Of a stretch of 42,294 nucleotides of DNA, positions 25,655-36,158 are shown piece after piece. Within the stretch, counting starts at the first letter, position 1. The number at the start of each line of letters is the position of its first letter. The DNA lies in the UHGV virus genome UHGV-2027207. One strand, given 5' to 3'. Below the pieces are notes generated by a model. That model made no database searches, had not been told where the DNA came from, and saw only the letters and a program-made list of their open reading frames with translations. The DNA is from a virus. Position numbers and translations under genes: made by a program.

Positions 25655-27807
25655 TGAGCCAAAATTATGATTTTCTACGATCCTTTACGTTTAACGGAAA
25701 AGAAACAAAACACTTGTTTCAAATTGCTAAATTGAATATCCCGTTTTTATCAAAAGAGAACGAGTTTTTTCAAGTAGGCAATACTGATGGAAAAAAATTT
25801 AGAAACACAAGATTGGGAGACTATAGTATTTCAATTGATGGATTCATCATTAAAGATAATACAGGAGTAGATGTTTCAACCGCTCTAGACCAGTTAAAGT
25901 TAATTATTAACAGTGATGAACCCAAAAAACTGATTTTTGACATCTTCCCAGATAGATATTTTAATGCTATTTTTTCAGGAGTACAGGAGTATGACGCAAC
26001 GGATCTACGATACACGCCTCTAACACTGGTTTTTGATGTACCTGACGGATTAGCTCATCAAATAGAACCTAATACTTATACAAACGTATATTCTACGTCA
26101 AGAAACCTTGTTTTAGATTCTGAATATCATAAAAAAGATGTGTATTTACATCAAGGGGTTAAGTTAGCGGAAGAAAAATACAACGGCTCATCTATCGTTT
26201 ACGTAGATTATAGAGAGGGTATCCCTTACGGAGGTTCAGCACAGGATGAATACGTGTGGTTGCCCATACAATCTATGAATAGACGTAACTTGCCAGAATT
26301 AAAAGTGGGTCAGGATGTAAACTTTTCAATAGAGGCTAAAGTATTAGCTATTGATGAAGATGATGAGAGACCGGAAGCAGGTAACCTAGTTTTAGAAGAA
26401 TGGTCTGTCAATCCATCAAAAGTTTTGCGTACGCACTTTATTAATATACCCAAAGAAGTAGGAGACTTCAAAAAATATGGTAAGGTGATTAAAATTACAG
26501 ACCCTAACACCAAAGCGCTAAATCTGAACTATGGTATTACTGGATTAGATACTATTATTCACTGGTCTAAACCAATGATGTCACTATTACCACCACTGGG
26601 GGCAACCGTTAACGCTCCATCAAATAATTCAAATGAATATAATTTGGACTATGACCCAAGTTACTACCAAACAATTAACTATGAAGCATCAACGACTGGT
26701 ATTTCAGACCTAATAAAAGTAAAAAACAATGGTACTTACAAAACAACCCCTCGTTTCATTTTTACAACACAAGGTGAAAATGGTCTGGTTGCGTTAGCTA
26801 AAGATGATGGCTCTATTTTACAGTTTGGAAATCCTGAGGAAGTTGACAATGTAACAAACGTGGTTAGTCAACAAGTGGTTTCGTGGAGCTTTTATGGTAG
26901 CCAGTTACCAACAAATATGGAAGTGAATGTACCCATTGGTTCAAGCTATCCATATATGTCAAACAATCACAATACTCCAAATATCATACAAGGCTCTTGG
27001 AATATGGACTTAGATGTTGACAGTGCGCTACCTGTTTGGAAACCAGGGGAAACAAAAGAAGTGTGGCATGGTCCTACATTAAGACACGCAATTCCATTGG
27101 ATTCAGTAGGTAATAGAAACGGAGAATTTAGTACACACAATCGCTTTAGATTCTATACGCCAAATCAGAAACATAGAGGACGTATAGAGTATGTTATTTC
27201 AGATGATAATGTTGAAAATTATCTAGGTTTTGTACTAAGAGACTCAGCTACAACGAACACCAACATGGTTATGGAGTGCTGGTATAAAGGTAAACTATTG
27301 AAATCAATAACGATATCACGTAAAGACTTTACAAAAGACTTCTTTGAAATAAACATGTATCGTTATAAAAAATCGTTACACTGGAGACTTGTTCAAGTAA
27401 AAGGAATAACCAACAGAAACACAGTTATTATAGACAAACAAGTTGAGTTTAATTATAATTTGGACGAAGAGGACACTACACCAATTAAGTATTGGGGTGT
27501 TTGGACTGAACGCTATCAAAACTCAAACTATATAAGACCATTCGTCACTGATACACAATTTCGTTGGATAAGTACCCATGTAGTTCAAAATATTAGAAAT
27601 TATTTCCAAGAAGGAGATATAATTGAAATAGATGTTAAGTCTAGACAAATTCTAGTAAATGGTGTGGTAAATAATGAACTCAACGTGGTGGGTAATCAAT
27701 GGGAGAAATTCGTATTAGATATAGGAGAAACAACGATACAACCTATTGTTTCAAGTTGGGCAAATCCTGCGGAAGTTATTTGTATTGTTGAAGAAAGTTA
27801 TTTGTAG
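25654..27807 (+). CDS. distal tail protein (Dit), long/evolved form
   Basis: Siphovirus Dit-like N-terminus; 717 aa implies inserted domains. Confidence 0.6.
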   Translation: MSQNYDFLRSFTFNGKETKHLFQIAKLNIPFLSKENEFFQVGNTDGKKFRNTRLGDYSISIDGFIIKDNTGVDVSTALDQLKLIINSDEPKKLIFDIFPDRYFNAIFSGVQEYDATDLRYTPLTLVFDVPDGLAHQIEPNTYTNVYSTSRNLVLDSEYHKKDVYLHQGVKLAEEKYNGSSIVYVDYREGIPYGGSAQDEYVWLPIQSMNRRNLPELKVGQDVNFSIEAKVLAIDEDDERPEAGNLVLEEWSVNPSKVLRTHFINIPKEVGDFKKYGKVIKITDPNTKALNLNYGITGLDTIIHWSKPMMSLLPPLGATVNAPSNNSNEYNLDYDPSYYQTINYEASTTGISDLIKVKNNGTYKTTPRFIFTTQGENGLVALAKDDGSILQFGNPEEVDNVTNVVSQQVVSWSFYGSQLPTNMEVNVPIGSSYPYMSNNHNTPNIIQGSWNMDLDVDSALPVWKPGETKEVWHGPTLRHAIPLDSVGNRNGEFSTHNRFRFYTPNQKHRGRIEYVISDDNVENYLGFVLRDSATTNTNMVMECWYKGKLLKSITISRKDFTKDFFEINMYRYKKSLHWRLVQVKGITNRNTVIIDKQVEFNYNLDEEDTTPIKYWGVWTERYQNSNYIRPFVTDTQFRWISTHVVQNIRNYFQEGDIIEIDVKSRQILVNGVVNNELNVVGNQWEKFVLDIGETTIQPIVSSWANPAEVICIVEESYL

Positions 27808-27818
27808 GAGGATGTAAT

Positions 27819-29219
27819 ATGGATTTTTATATAACTGATAGGAAGTTTAAACTTAAAACAATTGTTAGTACACATGGAAGTACACCTGTGAGTGTGATTG
27901 ATGCAGTAGACACTAGTGTGTTGAGTACTGCATCAAGAAATTTAAAGTTAACGTTAGGGTTTAATAAAAAAGATAGTAAACTAATCAAGAGACTGGTTTC
28001 TGTAGGTGATTATGTTTTATATGTAGACCCTCAAAACAATTATACTTGGCAAACCATTATGTCAGTAGAACACAATCCTCTAATGAACACACGTACTGTT
28101 GAATGCGAAAGTGCCTCTATTGATTTAATAAATGAAACAGTTAGTGAGTATAAAGCAACTCAACCCTATACAATACAAGCATATATAGAACGCTTTGTGT
28201 ATGATAGCGGTTGGGTAATTGGTATCAATGAAATACCAAATTTAACACGCACATTAGAGTGGGAAGGCGAAGCTACGTGCTTAGAACGCATCTTATCAGT
28301 AGCAACGCAGTTTGACAATGCTGAATTAGAGTTTTCGTTTGAATTTAATGGTAATAATTTAATACAACGTAAAATAAACATTTTAAAAAAACGAGGGCGT
28401 AAAACTGATATTAAATTGTATATTAATAAGGATATAAACTCAATTATAACTAAAGAAAATATTTATGACTTACACAACGCCTTGATTATAAAAGGCGGTG
28501 TTCCTGAAGGTAGTGACAAGCCAGTAGATTTAAAAGGCTATAAATGGACTGATCCAGATGGAAGATTTTTACTACGCCAGAATGACGGTATGTTGTTTGA
28601 TTTAGAAAATGTGCAATATTGGTCAAGAACAAATACCAAATCTAATTGGATAGTTAGATACAAAACATATACTTCAACAGATAAACGAAGTTTATTAAAT
28701 GATGGTATTTCAGAATTAAAAAAATATAGTAGTCCTATTACAGAGTATGAAGTTGATATTGCAAATATTGATGTACCTATTAATCTAGGGGATACGTTAA
28801 ACATTGTGGATGAATACGAAGAATTATTTATATCTAGTAGGTGTCAAAAAATAGAATATAATTACACCACAAGCAGTATTAATGTTGAACTGTCTGATTT
28901 CAAAATTATTGACTCAGGTCTATCAAAAGAATTACAGGATTTGGCAAATTCATTTAAAGATGAAATGAATAAAAACAAGGTATACACTGTGGAAATCACA
29001 CCATCTCAACCATTCTTTGTTAACGGAGAAGGTGTAATTACTTTAAGTGCTACGGTTAAAGAAAATGGATATGATGTTACCAGTTCATTTACAGAATTTA
29101 AATGGAGTAGATATAAACTGGATGGTACATTAGATGATTGGTCAACTACAGGGCAGACAATCAATATAACAGCAGATACAGAACTGCGCTACACATACAA
29201 TTGTGTAGCTTCAAATTAG
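27819..29219 (+). CDS. tail-associated protein (Tal N-terminal structural domain)
   Basis: Position after Dit. RBS GGAGGA. Confidence 0.55.
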   Translation: MDFYITDRKFKLKTIVSTHGSTPVSVIDAVDTSVLSTASRNLKLTLGFNKKDSKLIKRLVSVGDYVLYVDPQNNYTWQTIMSVEHNPLMNTRTVECESASIDLINETVSEYKATQPYTIQAYIERFVYDSGWVIGINEIPNLTRTLEWEGEATCLERILSVATQFDNAELEFSFEFNGNNLIQRKINILKKRGRKTDIKLYINKDINSIITKENIYDLHNALIIKGGVPEGSDKPVDLKGYKWTDPDGRFLLRQNDGMLFDLENVQYWSRTNTKSNWIVRYKTYTSTDKRSLLNDGISELKKYSSPITEYEVDIANIDVPINLGDTLNIVDEYEELFISSRCQKIEYNYTTSSINVELSDFKIIDSGLSKELQDLANSFKDEMNKNKVYTVEITPSQPFFVNGEGVITLSATVKENGYDVTSSFTEFKWSRYKLDGTLDDWSTTGQTINITADTELRYTYNCVASN

Positions 29220-29229
29220 GAGGGTTATC

Positions 29230-30165
29230 GTGGAAGTTAGTGGTAAAATAGTAATAAACAACATGTCAATAAAAACAAGTCAAGGTGTAGTATCATGGCA
29301 AGAGGAAGAGCCAAGTAACCCTGTAAATGGTGACACGTGGTTTAAAGTAGTTAATGGCGTAGCGGTAAACGCTTATAATCGTAAAAATAATGCTTGGGTT
29401 GAAGTTGAATTTGCAAGTCAAATTATAGCAGAGGAATTAATAGGTAAGATAATAACTGGTTCTGAGATTAATGGTAGTGTTATTAACGGTGGTGAGTTTA
29501 ATAACACATTTACAGAACCAGTTGGCACTAATGCAACTTTAACAGGTAATACCACCATTCAACGTGGAATCATTGAAACACAGTACGATATCAATGATAG
29601 TACAACAAGCGCATTATTGTCTAGCGGTCGTCAAACATGGAATGGGGTAAATATTGAGTCAGTACAAAAAGGTGCGGATAACTTACCGCTTGCAAGTTCT
29701 ACATTTGGAGCAAAAGGAATAGACATATATAACAAAGAACACCATAGTCAATTCGGAATGGTTCATCTAGGATATCAAGATCTGATGACCTTACCAAAAA
29801 AAGAGATTGTTGAATATAGTGCAGACTTTGCACCATATTCAGTTGGTCAAGAACCATCAGCAGAACGATATATGAGAACAGTACAATTGTATGGTGCTTT
29901 TACAAACAAGAAAAAAATACCAGCCAACGTTGGTCACGAACCACTATATATGGGAACTCTACCTTTTGGATATAGACCTTCTGGAACAGTACGTTTTGTA
30001 GTACCTGGTAGTGGTGTCACTAGATATGTATTACAAATAAATAGTAATGGTAGAATGTATATGTATAACATGGGTGGCTGGAACGGTTCTTCATATACTA
30101 TCGTTGACGTTAACCCAGGCTCATGGTTAAATGTACAATGTAATTTTATTGCTGGAAATATTTAG
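29230..30165 (+). CDS. tail fibre / receptor-binding protein candidate
   Basis: Position. GTG start with AGGAGGG RBS. Confidence 0.45.
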   Translation: MEVSGKIVINNMSIKTSQGVVSWQEEEPSNPVNGDTWFKVVNGVAVNAYNRKNNAWVEVEFASQIIAEELIGKIITGSEINGSVINGGEFNNTFTEPVGTNATLTGNTTIQRGIIETQYDINDSTTSALLSSGRQTWNGVNIESVQKGADNLPLASSTFGAKGIDIYNKEHHSQFGMVHLGYQDLMTLPKKEIVEYSADFAPYSVGQEPSAERYMRTVQLYGAFTNKKKIPANVGHEPLYMGTLPFGYRPSGTVRFVVPGSGVTRYVLQINSNGRMYMYNMGGWNGSSYTIVDVNPGSWLNVQCNFIAGNI

Positions 30166-30175
30166 GAGGTTTAAA

Positions 30176-30445
30176 ATGGAGATTAGAGAATTATTTAAAC
30201 AGGAGTATATTAATAGATGTTTAGAAAACAATGAACCGCTGACTGGATATATTAAAGAATTATTCGACAAGTGTCTTATAGAAGTGTGTCATAACTCACC
30301 ATTTGAAATGGATAAATTTTTACAATCTATCGTTAGTGATTGGCAAGAAGTTAATGCTACAAATAATGAGACTGACCTAAAACAACAAGTAGAAGACTTA
30401 ACTAAACGTGTTGAAGAGCTTACTAATACTATAAATCAAAAATAG
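30176..30445 (+). CDS. hypothetical protein
   Basis: GGAGG RBS before MEIRELFK. Confidence 0.45.
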   Translation: MEIRELFKQEYINRCLENNEPLTGYIKELFDKCLIEVCHNSPFEMDKFLQSIVSDWQEVNATNNETDLKQQVEDLTKRVEELTNTINQK

Positions 30446-30466
30446 CCCTCATTTGAGGGCTTTTTA
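30445..30466 (+). terminator. intrinsic terminator
   Basis: GCCCTCATTTGAGGGC + TTTTT. Confidence 0.7.
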
Positions 30467-30552
30467 TTTGCTTTTAAACGCATAATCACCCACCTAACAA
30501 AATTTAAATGCCTTAGAATGCTCGTGAGAGACACACTATTTCGCTTATATAG

Positions 30553-30562
30553 ATGTTATAAT
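30553..30562 (+). promoter_or_regulatory. TG-extended -10 promoter TGTTATAAT of the lysis cassette
   Basis: Pattern match. Confidence 0.4.
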
Positions 30563-30611
30563 GATTACAGACCTAGGAAATGAGGTGATAAATGAATAGG
30601 AGTGTTTTGCT

Positions 30612-30890
30612 ATGAACTTAAACGATAAGGAGTTTGTGTCATTAAAGGAACAGTTAGCAAGAATTGAGGTTATGCTTGAAGATATACCTGAGATTAAAGC
30701 TGACTTAAAAGAGTATGGAACTCGCTTAGAGCGTCAATCTGAAAAAGCAGATAAGGCGTACACCATGTCCATGCAGAATAGAGAAGCACTAGCTGACCTT
30801 AAAAACAGCTACACATGGTTAACTCGTACAACTGTTGGCGCAGTTATTGGAGCATTAATTAGTATTGGTTTATCCTTATTTATGAATTAG
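30612..30890 (+). CDS. XhlA-like / holin-associated protein with a single C-terminal TM segment
   Basis: Coiled N-terminus; C-terminus TTVGAVIGALISIGLSLF. Confidence 0.45.
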   Translation: MNLNDKEFVSLKEQLARIEVMLEDIPEIKADLKEYGTRLERQSEKADKAYTMSMQNREALADLKNSYTWLTRTTVGAVIGALISIGLSLFMN

Positions 30891-30902
30891 GAGTGATGTA
30901 GA

Positions 30903-31184
30903 ATGAAAAAAATCAACTGGAAAGTTCGTTTTAGCAAAGACAACCTAACATTTATCTTGCGTTTTATTGGCGCATTAGCAGTACCTATCCTAGCATACTT
31001 TGGTTTGAAGTTTGAGGATATTACATCCTTTGACACATTATTGGATGTATTGGTCAGAGCAGTAAGTAACCCTTACGTATTAGGCTTAACTGTGATTAAC
31101 GCATTAAATATGATTCCAGACCCAACAACTAAAGGTATTACAGATAGTGAAAAAGCATTAAACTATACAGAACCAAAGAAATAA
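30903..31184 (+). CDS. holin (Staphylococcus phage phage_holin_1 type)
   Basis: INWKVRF...DPTTKGITDS..AL.Y..P matches the S. aureus phage holin pattern. Confidence 0.8.
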   Translation: MKKINWKVRFSKDNLTFILRFIGALAVPILAYFGLKFEDITSFDTLLDVLVRAVSNPYVLGLTVINALNMIPDPTTKGITDSEKALNYTEPKK

Positions 31185-31200
31185 GAAAGAGAGTGATAAA

Positions 31201-32226
31201 ATGGTAGAGGTTATTAACAAAACAGTCACACGTGGAGTAGCTGGACGTAGACCAGGTGCAGTAAAAGGCGTGGTATTCCACAACACATGGGGTAACTCAA
31301 CAGCTAAACAAGAGGCTAATCGTTTAGCAGCAATGAACAATAATCAGTTAGCTGCTGGATTTGCGCATTATTATATTGACAAGAATACAATCTGGCGTAC
31401 TGAGGATACTTACAATGCAGCTTGGCATACAGCTAACTCTGATGGTAATACAAACTATATTGGTTATGAAGTGTGTGGTAACGATCAAACACCATTGAAA
31501 GACTTCTTGCAAGCTGAAGAAAATACTTTTTGGCAAATTGCGCAAGATTTGAAATACTATGGTCTACCAGTTAATCGTAATACAGTACGTTTACATCATG
31601 AATTTTCAGCCACACAATGTCCTAAACGTTCGTTAATTATTCACACTGGCTTCAACTCAACACAGGCACAGCCAGCTAATGTAACTAACGCAATGAAGGA
31701 CTATGTGATTAAAAACGTTCTTAAGTATTACAATAACCCTAGTTTAAAACCAGATGGTAAAGCACCATCCACTGGTGGACAAACACCTCCAAGTGGTGCT
31801 AACGTAACACCTTCAACACCTAGCCAACATGATAAAGCCGTTGCTAATACAAAACCTAAACATCAAGGTAATGCATGGGGTAAACTTGACTACTTTAATG
31901 GTCATGGTAAAGATCAGATTCGTGTGGCTGGTTGGTTAGTTCCTGATAAACCACAAGGACCAATTGGAACATATGCTTATGTAATCTTCATGCAACATGG
32001 AACAAACAAAGAAGTGACACGTGTTCAGTCTGCTGGTATTAAACGCCCAGACGTGAAGAAAGCATATGGCTATCAAGGTGGGCAAGAGCTTGGATTTGAC
32101 GTAACTGTTAAGAAAGCTCAGTTCAAAGGTAAAAAAGTTGATGTTATCTTGCGTAGAGCGAATAAAGCTAATGGTGAAGACGCAGTAAATGATGTACGAA
32201 TTGACTCAATCTATTTGAGTCTATAA
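31201..32226 (+). CDS. endolysin: N-acetylmuramoyl-L-alanine amidase (amidase_2) + C-terminal wall-binding domain
   Basis: FHNTW...LHHEFSATQCP zinc-ligand pattern; Pro/Ser/Thr linker. Confidence 0.75.
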   Translation: MVEVINKTVTRGVAGRRPGAVKGVVFHNTWGNSTAKQEANRLAAMNNNQLAAGFAHYYIDKNTIWRTEDTYNAAWHTANSDGNTNYIGYEVCGNDQTPLKDFLQAEENTFWQIAQDLKYYGLPVNRNTVRLHHEFSATQCPKRSLIIHTGFNSTQAQPANVTNAMKDYVIKNVLKYYNNPSLKPDGKAPSTGGQTPPSGANVTPSTPSQHDKAVANTKPKHQGNAWGKLDYFNGHGKDQIRVAGWLVPDKPQGPIGTYAYVIFMQHGTNKEVTRVQSAGIKRPDVKKAYGYQGGQELGFDVTVKKAQFKGKKVDVILRRANKANGEDAVNDVRIDSIYLSL

Positions 32227-32264
32227 TAAAAAAAACCACTGGGTTAACCTAGTGGTTTTTTTTG
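32227..32264. terminator. bidirectional terminator where the two arms converge
   Basis: A9-AACCACTGGGTTAACCTAGTGGTT-T9. Confidence 0.8.
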
Positions 32265-32298
32265 TTTTTAAATGGGTAATCAACACTACTCTTCCTCT

Positions 32299-32520
32299 TT
32301 ATTTAAATTCTTCCCATTTGTTTGGTGCAAACCCCATGCTTACAAACTCACCATCTTTAAACACTACAGGTAGTGTTCTTAGGTTCATAGTAAGTAATTC
32401 ATTTAACCCATCTAGGTTGTCATCTACATTCACCTCAGTAAATGTATGTCCTTTTCCTTTAAACCAGTTCTTTGCCATTTTGCAGGGCATGCAGTTGTTT
32501 TTAGTATAAATTTTAATCAT
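32299..32520 (-). CDS. nrdH: NrdH/glutaredoxin-like redoxin
   Basis: N-terminal CMPC active site; 73 aa. Confidence 0.75.
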   Translation of the reverse strand: MIKIYTKNNCMPCKMAKNWFKGKGHTFTEVNVDDNLDGLNELLTMNLRTLPVVFKDGEFVSMGFAPNKWEEFK

Positions 32521-32521
32521 T

Positions 32522-33241
32522 TTAAATTCCTCCTCTTACTTTAAATAATTTTTCAACTCTTTTGTTATTTGCCATAGAGCCGTTGGCGTTGAGTGTAACT
32601 TTAACCTCTTTACTCCAGATACATTCAAATTTGTCTTCTGGCATTTCATATTCGCTTATTAATACAGTGTTGTTTTTAGCTAGTTCAATAGCCCACTTAT
32701 CAAATTCTTCATATGGAAATCCGCCAGTTGAATAAGATAATGTTTTTCTATATGGTGGGTCTAAATAGAAAACACAATTTTTATAGTCTAATGGGTTATA
32801 ATCTGAAAAGGATTTACATTCAAAGGTAATATCTTGAATATTTGGTGATTGACGTTTTATTGAGCGTATCATTTGTGCTGGTACATCAGAACACTTTTTA
32901 GATTGAGGATAAGCGGAAAAATATATTGATCCAAAACTGCAGAAACCAGTCAGTCCTACGTACCAGTCAGGATAGCTTGTTTTGTTGTTTTTTACGTTGT
33001 TCCATTCTTCTTTGGTGAACGTATCTGGAATATGTGTTACATGTTTCTTATTATAGTTGTGTAACGCAATCAACTCTTTGTGTAAATCACTACCTATTTT
33101 ATTATGATGTTTAATTTTATCAATCATATTTGCCCCACCTACAAATGGTTCTATATATGCTACTGTTTCATCTGTGATGTAGCTTTGGATAATTGGTGCT
33201 AATTCTTTACTAAGTCTGTTTTTACTTCCTACATATTGCAT
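32522..33241 (-). CDS. DNA N6-adenine methyltransferase (Dam/D12 class)
   Basis: DPPY motif (FYLDPPY) and N-terminal FxGxxN motif. Confidence 0.8.
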   Translation of the reverse strand: MQYVGSKNRLSKELAPIIQSYITDETVAYIEPFVGGANMIDKIKHHNKIGSDLHKELIALHNYNKKHVTHIPDTFTKEEWNNVKNNKTSYPDWYVGLTGFCSFGSIYFSAYPQSKKCSDVPAQMIRSIKRQSPNIQDITFECKSFSDYNPLDYKNCVFYLDPPYRKTLSYSTGGFPYEEFDKWAIELAKNNTVLISEYEMPEDKFECIWSKEVKVTLNANGSMANNKRVEKLFKVRGGI

Positions 33242-33274
33242 ATTCCTTATTTCCTCCTTTAACTTTATGAATTA

Positions 33275-33303
33275 AGTATAACACCTCAGTTAAGAGGTGT
33301 CAA
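33275..33303 (-). promoter_or_regulatory. consensus promoter TTGACA-N17-TGTTATACT with a palindromic spacer (ACACCTC..GAGGTGT)
   Basis: The -35 overlaps the HNH stop. Same module as 42265-42293. Confidence 0.65.
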
Positions 33304-33836
33304 TGGCTTTTATTTAATATAATAAATCTTTTATTCTCACCACCCCTTTGATCTAGATTATTAAAGTATGCTGAATTTAGATTGAAAAAATGTGTTGCTT
33401 CAATAAGCGATTCAAATTCATATTCTTTCTTGTTTGATTTATCCAGTATATTAATATTAATCTTGTTGTAATCTTTATTGATTGACTGTTCTAACATCGT
33501 AGCCCATCTTAAATTTTCAACTCTATTATCTATTTTATTACGATTAATATGATCAACGGTTGGTTTGTTATCTGGATTAGGTATAAAAGATTCTGCTACT
33601 AAGCGATGAACTTTCATATTTTGATTTTTACTGCCACTGTGTACCATATGGTATCCGTATGCATCCATACGATTTTTCAATGTCCTGTGACGAGTAATGT
33701 TTCGCACTATACCTAATGTTGATATAGTGTATTTATCACCATATGAGTTACTATATTTTAACCTTTTACTCAATATAGTTTTTGACTTCTGGGAATGTAT
33801 ATCCAAGTTTTTTAAATTTACGGTGAGCCTCCTCAA
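33300..33836 (-). CDS. HNH homing endonuclease (NUMOD4-like + HNH_3), TTG start, overlapping the DNA polymerase 3' end by 71 nt
   Basis: HRLVAESFIPNPDNKPTVDHINRNKIDNRVENLRW. GGAGGA 6 nt before the TTG. Confidence 0.75.
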   Translation of the reverse strand: MRRLTVNLKNLDIHSQKSKTILSKRLKYSNSYGDKYTISTLGIVRNITRHRTLKNRMDAYGYHMVHSGSKNQNMKVHRLVAESFIPNPDNKPTVDHINRNKIDNRVENLRWATMLEQSINKDYNKININILDKSNKKEYEFESLIEATHFFNLNSAYFNNLDQRGGENKRFIILNKSH

Positions 33837-36057
33837 TTCTAATCCTCCATTCTATACCTAACCACAGTTCCAGTGTATCTTCCACTTGGTTTATATAGTA
33901 CTCTTTATCAACATCATCAATAGTTATCCATCCTTCACCAATGGCTTCATTGTCAATAGCATAATACTCAGGTGCATTAGGCAAGCCTTTAGTGTAAGAA
34001 TCATTTCCAACAATTGTAGTACCTTCCTCTTCAATAACAGCTCCACGTTTTACTTTAAATATTTCAACAGCTTTATTAGGGTCTTTAATTGCAAAAACAC
34101 GATTCACTTTTTGTGCTTTCCGTTCATTACCATAAACATCACGTACAATAGTATCATCAAAAGTATATCCTGTTTTAGTAATCATTTGGAATTGACGTAG
34201 TTCATCACATTCGTTGATAAACTCTTTATAATCTTTACCAGCAACTACATAGTTAATGAACGCATTTGAAACAATCGCTTTAGAAACTTTCAATCCATTT
34301 GTTAGACCAATAGCGCCTTTAAACTTCACTTTACCGTCTGATGTAACTGCCAAGTAATTATTGACGTCCTTCTGGAAAATGGCTTTAAAAGGATCATCAT
34401 CTAAGGTGTAACCTGTTCGTTTCATCCAATCATTTGCGATCTCATCAATGGCGTTCTCATCTTCTTCACTAAATGGGATATAATAATGAGCGTCTGTATT
34501 TGATTGAATGATAGTAGCATGGTCTTCAATCTTTTCTAGTAAATCCCACATTGCCATTTGACCTGTGATACAAACAAGTAATCGCATGCGTGGATCATAC
34601 AATTTGTTAAACTCAGCTCCCATTGCTCCATATTTAGTATTTAGAGGTAGTTTATAACCATTAATTAATAGCTTGGTTGGAATTTTTACCCCTTTAATTT
34701 CAGTAAATTCCTTATTTGAGTATTTAGCCTCCATACGTTCATCAAGTAACATTTGATAAATATGCCGTTTGTCTTCTGGAATGTTTCGTGATAAGTAGTC
34801 AAATAAAACCATCGTATTAGGATAAAGTGAACCTACGTCACGTGCGTGGAAGTTACCTACATGAATAAATGACTCTTTTGCACCATGGATACCACCTACT
34901 CCCAAAACCTCTGTTACGTCTCTACGTGGCACATCTAATGAAATACTTGCATGACCTTTATCATTAGCTTCAAACTCATTTTTCATAAATGCCTGACGAA
35001 TGGTCTCTGACTCAATTGTGAACCCTTCTGGTAATTCATACTTATCTAATTCGTCACCTCTGTCAGGTGTCTTTTCAGCACCTAATAGTTCAGCAGTCAA
35101 GTTTGCGTTTGTCATTGATAGAGCCATTTTATCTAAACCAAAGTATAGTGCAATTGCAGCCTTAGCTACTAGCATCCCTATGTTTTGTTCAAAACGTTTT
35201 TCAGTAGCTAACACGTCATTTTTACAATATAGCTCATTCAACACTTGCTCTTCTTCAGTTAATTCTCTGTCTAAATCAAAGTCTACTTCAGTTTCTTTAA
35301 TATTAATACCCATGAAAGCACTATGTTCTTTCAAACTAAAACCTCTATTGTCTTGATACAAATCCATTCCAAAAAGTGGTGTTTTCTTAGTATCAAACAT
35401 TTTATATACTAACGCTCTATCGTCACTTTCAATGATTGCTTTTGACACATGAAATGGGTTTTTACCTTGTAAATAAGCACGCATGACATTTGAGTCATAT
35501 GAGTGTGAGTTATAACCTACAAACAAGGAATCTCTATTTGCTAGATAGAACTTGCGTAAAGCATCTAAATCATTATGAATAACTGTCCATTCTTTAGTGA
35601 AGTAATCTCTAAAGACAAATAAATTATCTTTTTTAAATACTTCAATGTCATAAATATAAATCGTTTGATTCGTTAATGCTTTGTTTGGTTTTTCAGGTAA
35701 GTTGTCAACAACTCCTCCTTTCTGATTGATGGTTACATTTGGAAAACCATTGTTGTATTTTAGAGTAATATTTAACTCCTGGCCTACTTGAATATCTTTC
35801 CATATTTCCCAATCTTGTTTGCGGAACTTCATAATATAAAATGTAGCGTCACGCCCATCATTTGTGCTACGTACTTTGATCTCTTTCATTTTTTTACCTT
35901 TTGCAGATAAGCGTTCCTCTGCTTTAATCACTACCACTTGATGAACGCCTTCTACTAGTGGATCAAAACTTTTTCCATTACCTGCAAGTGCTGCAAATAT
36001 TTCTAACAATTTACTTGCTAACTTCTCAGCACCTTGAAATTCTGCAATATTTTTCAT
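33766..36057 (-). CDS. family B DNA polymerase (3'-5' exonuclease + polymerase)
   Basis: Exo I YDIE; motif A DVGSLYPNTM; motif B K...N..YG; motif C NTDA. Confidence 0.8.
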   Translation of the reverse strand: MKNIAEFQGAEKLASKLLEIFAALAGNGKSFDPLVEGVHQVVVIKAEERLSAKGKKMKEIKVRSTNDGRDATFYIMKFRKQDWEIWKDIQVGQELNITLKYNNGFPNVTINQKGGVVDNLPEKPNKALTNQTIYIYDIEVFKKDNLFVFRDYFTKEWTVIHNDLDALRKFYLANRDSLFVGYNSHSYDSNVMRAYLQGKNPFHVSKAIIESDDRALVYKMFDTKKTPLFGMDLYQDNRGFSLKEHSAFMGINIKETEVDFDLDRELTEEEQVLNELYCKNDVLATEKRFEQNIGMLVAKAAIALYFGLDKMALSMTNANLTAELLGAEKTPDRGDELDKYELPEGFTIESETIRQAFMKNEFEANDKGHASISLDVPRRDVTEVLGVGGIHGAKESFIHVGNFHARDVGSLYPNTMVLFDYLSRNIPEDKRHIYQMLLDERMEAKYSNKEFTEIKGVKIPTKLLINGYKLPLNTKYGAMGAEFNKLYDPRMRLLVCITGQMAMWDLLEKIEDHATIIQSNTDAHYYIPFSEEDENAIDEIANDWMKRTGYTLDDDPFKAIFQKDVNNYLAVTSDGKVKFKGAIGLTNGLKVSKAIVSNAFINYVVAGKDYKEFINECDELRQFQMITKTGYTFDDTIVRDVYGNERKAQKVNRVFAIKDPNKAVEIFKVKRGAVIEEEGTTIVGNDSYTKGLPNAPEYYAIDNEAIGEGWITIDDVDKEYYINQVEDTLELWLGIEWRIRIEEAHRKFKKLGYTFPEVKNYIE

Positions 36058-36089
36058 GTGTTACTTCCTCTCTCGTTTGAATATAATAT

Positions 36090-36118
36090 AGTATATTACA
36101 TCTACTGCTAATACACAA
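36090..36118 (-). promoter_or_regulatory. possible promoter TTGTGT-N17-TATACT for the polymerase operon
   Basis: Pattern only; lacks the conserved leader. Confidence 0.3.
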
Positions 36119-36158
36119 GTGCAAAATATAAACTCTATGAAACTCTCTATTGTGTGTC

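Noticed and set aside
32252-32509. Plus-strand ORF overlapping nrdH
   Set aside because: It is antisense to the NrdH gene (CMPC motif) and lies downstream of the convergent terminator.
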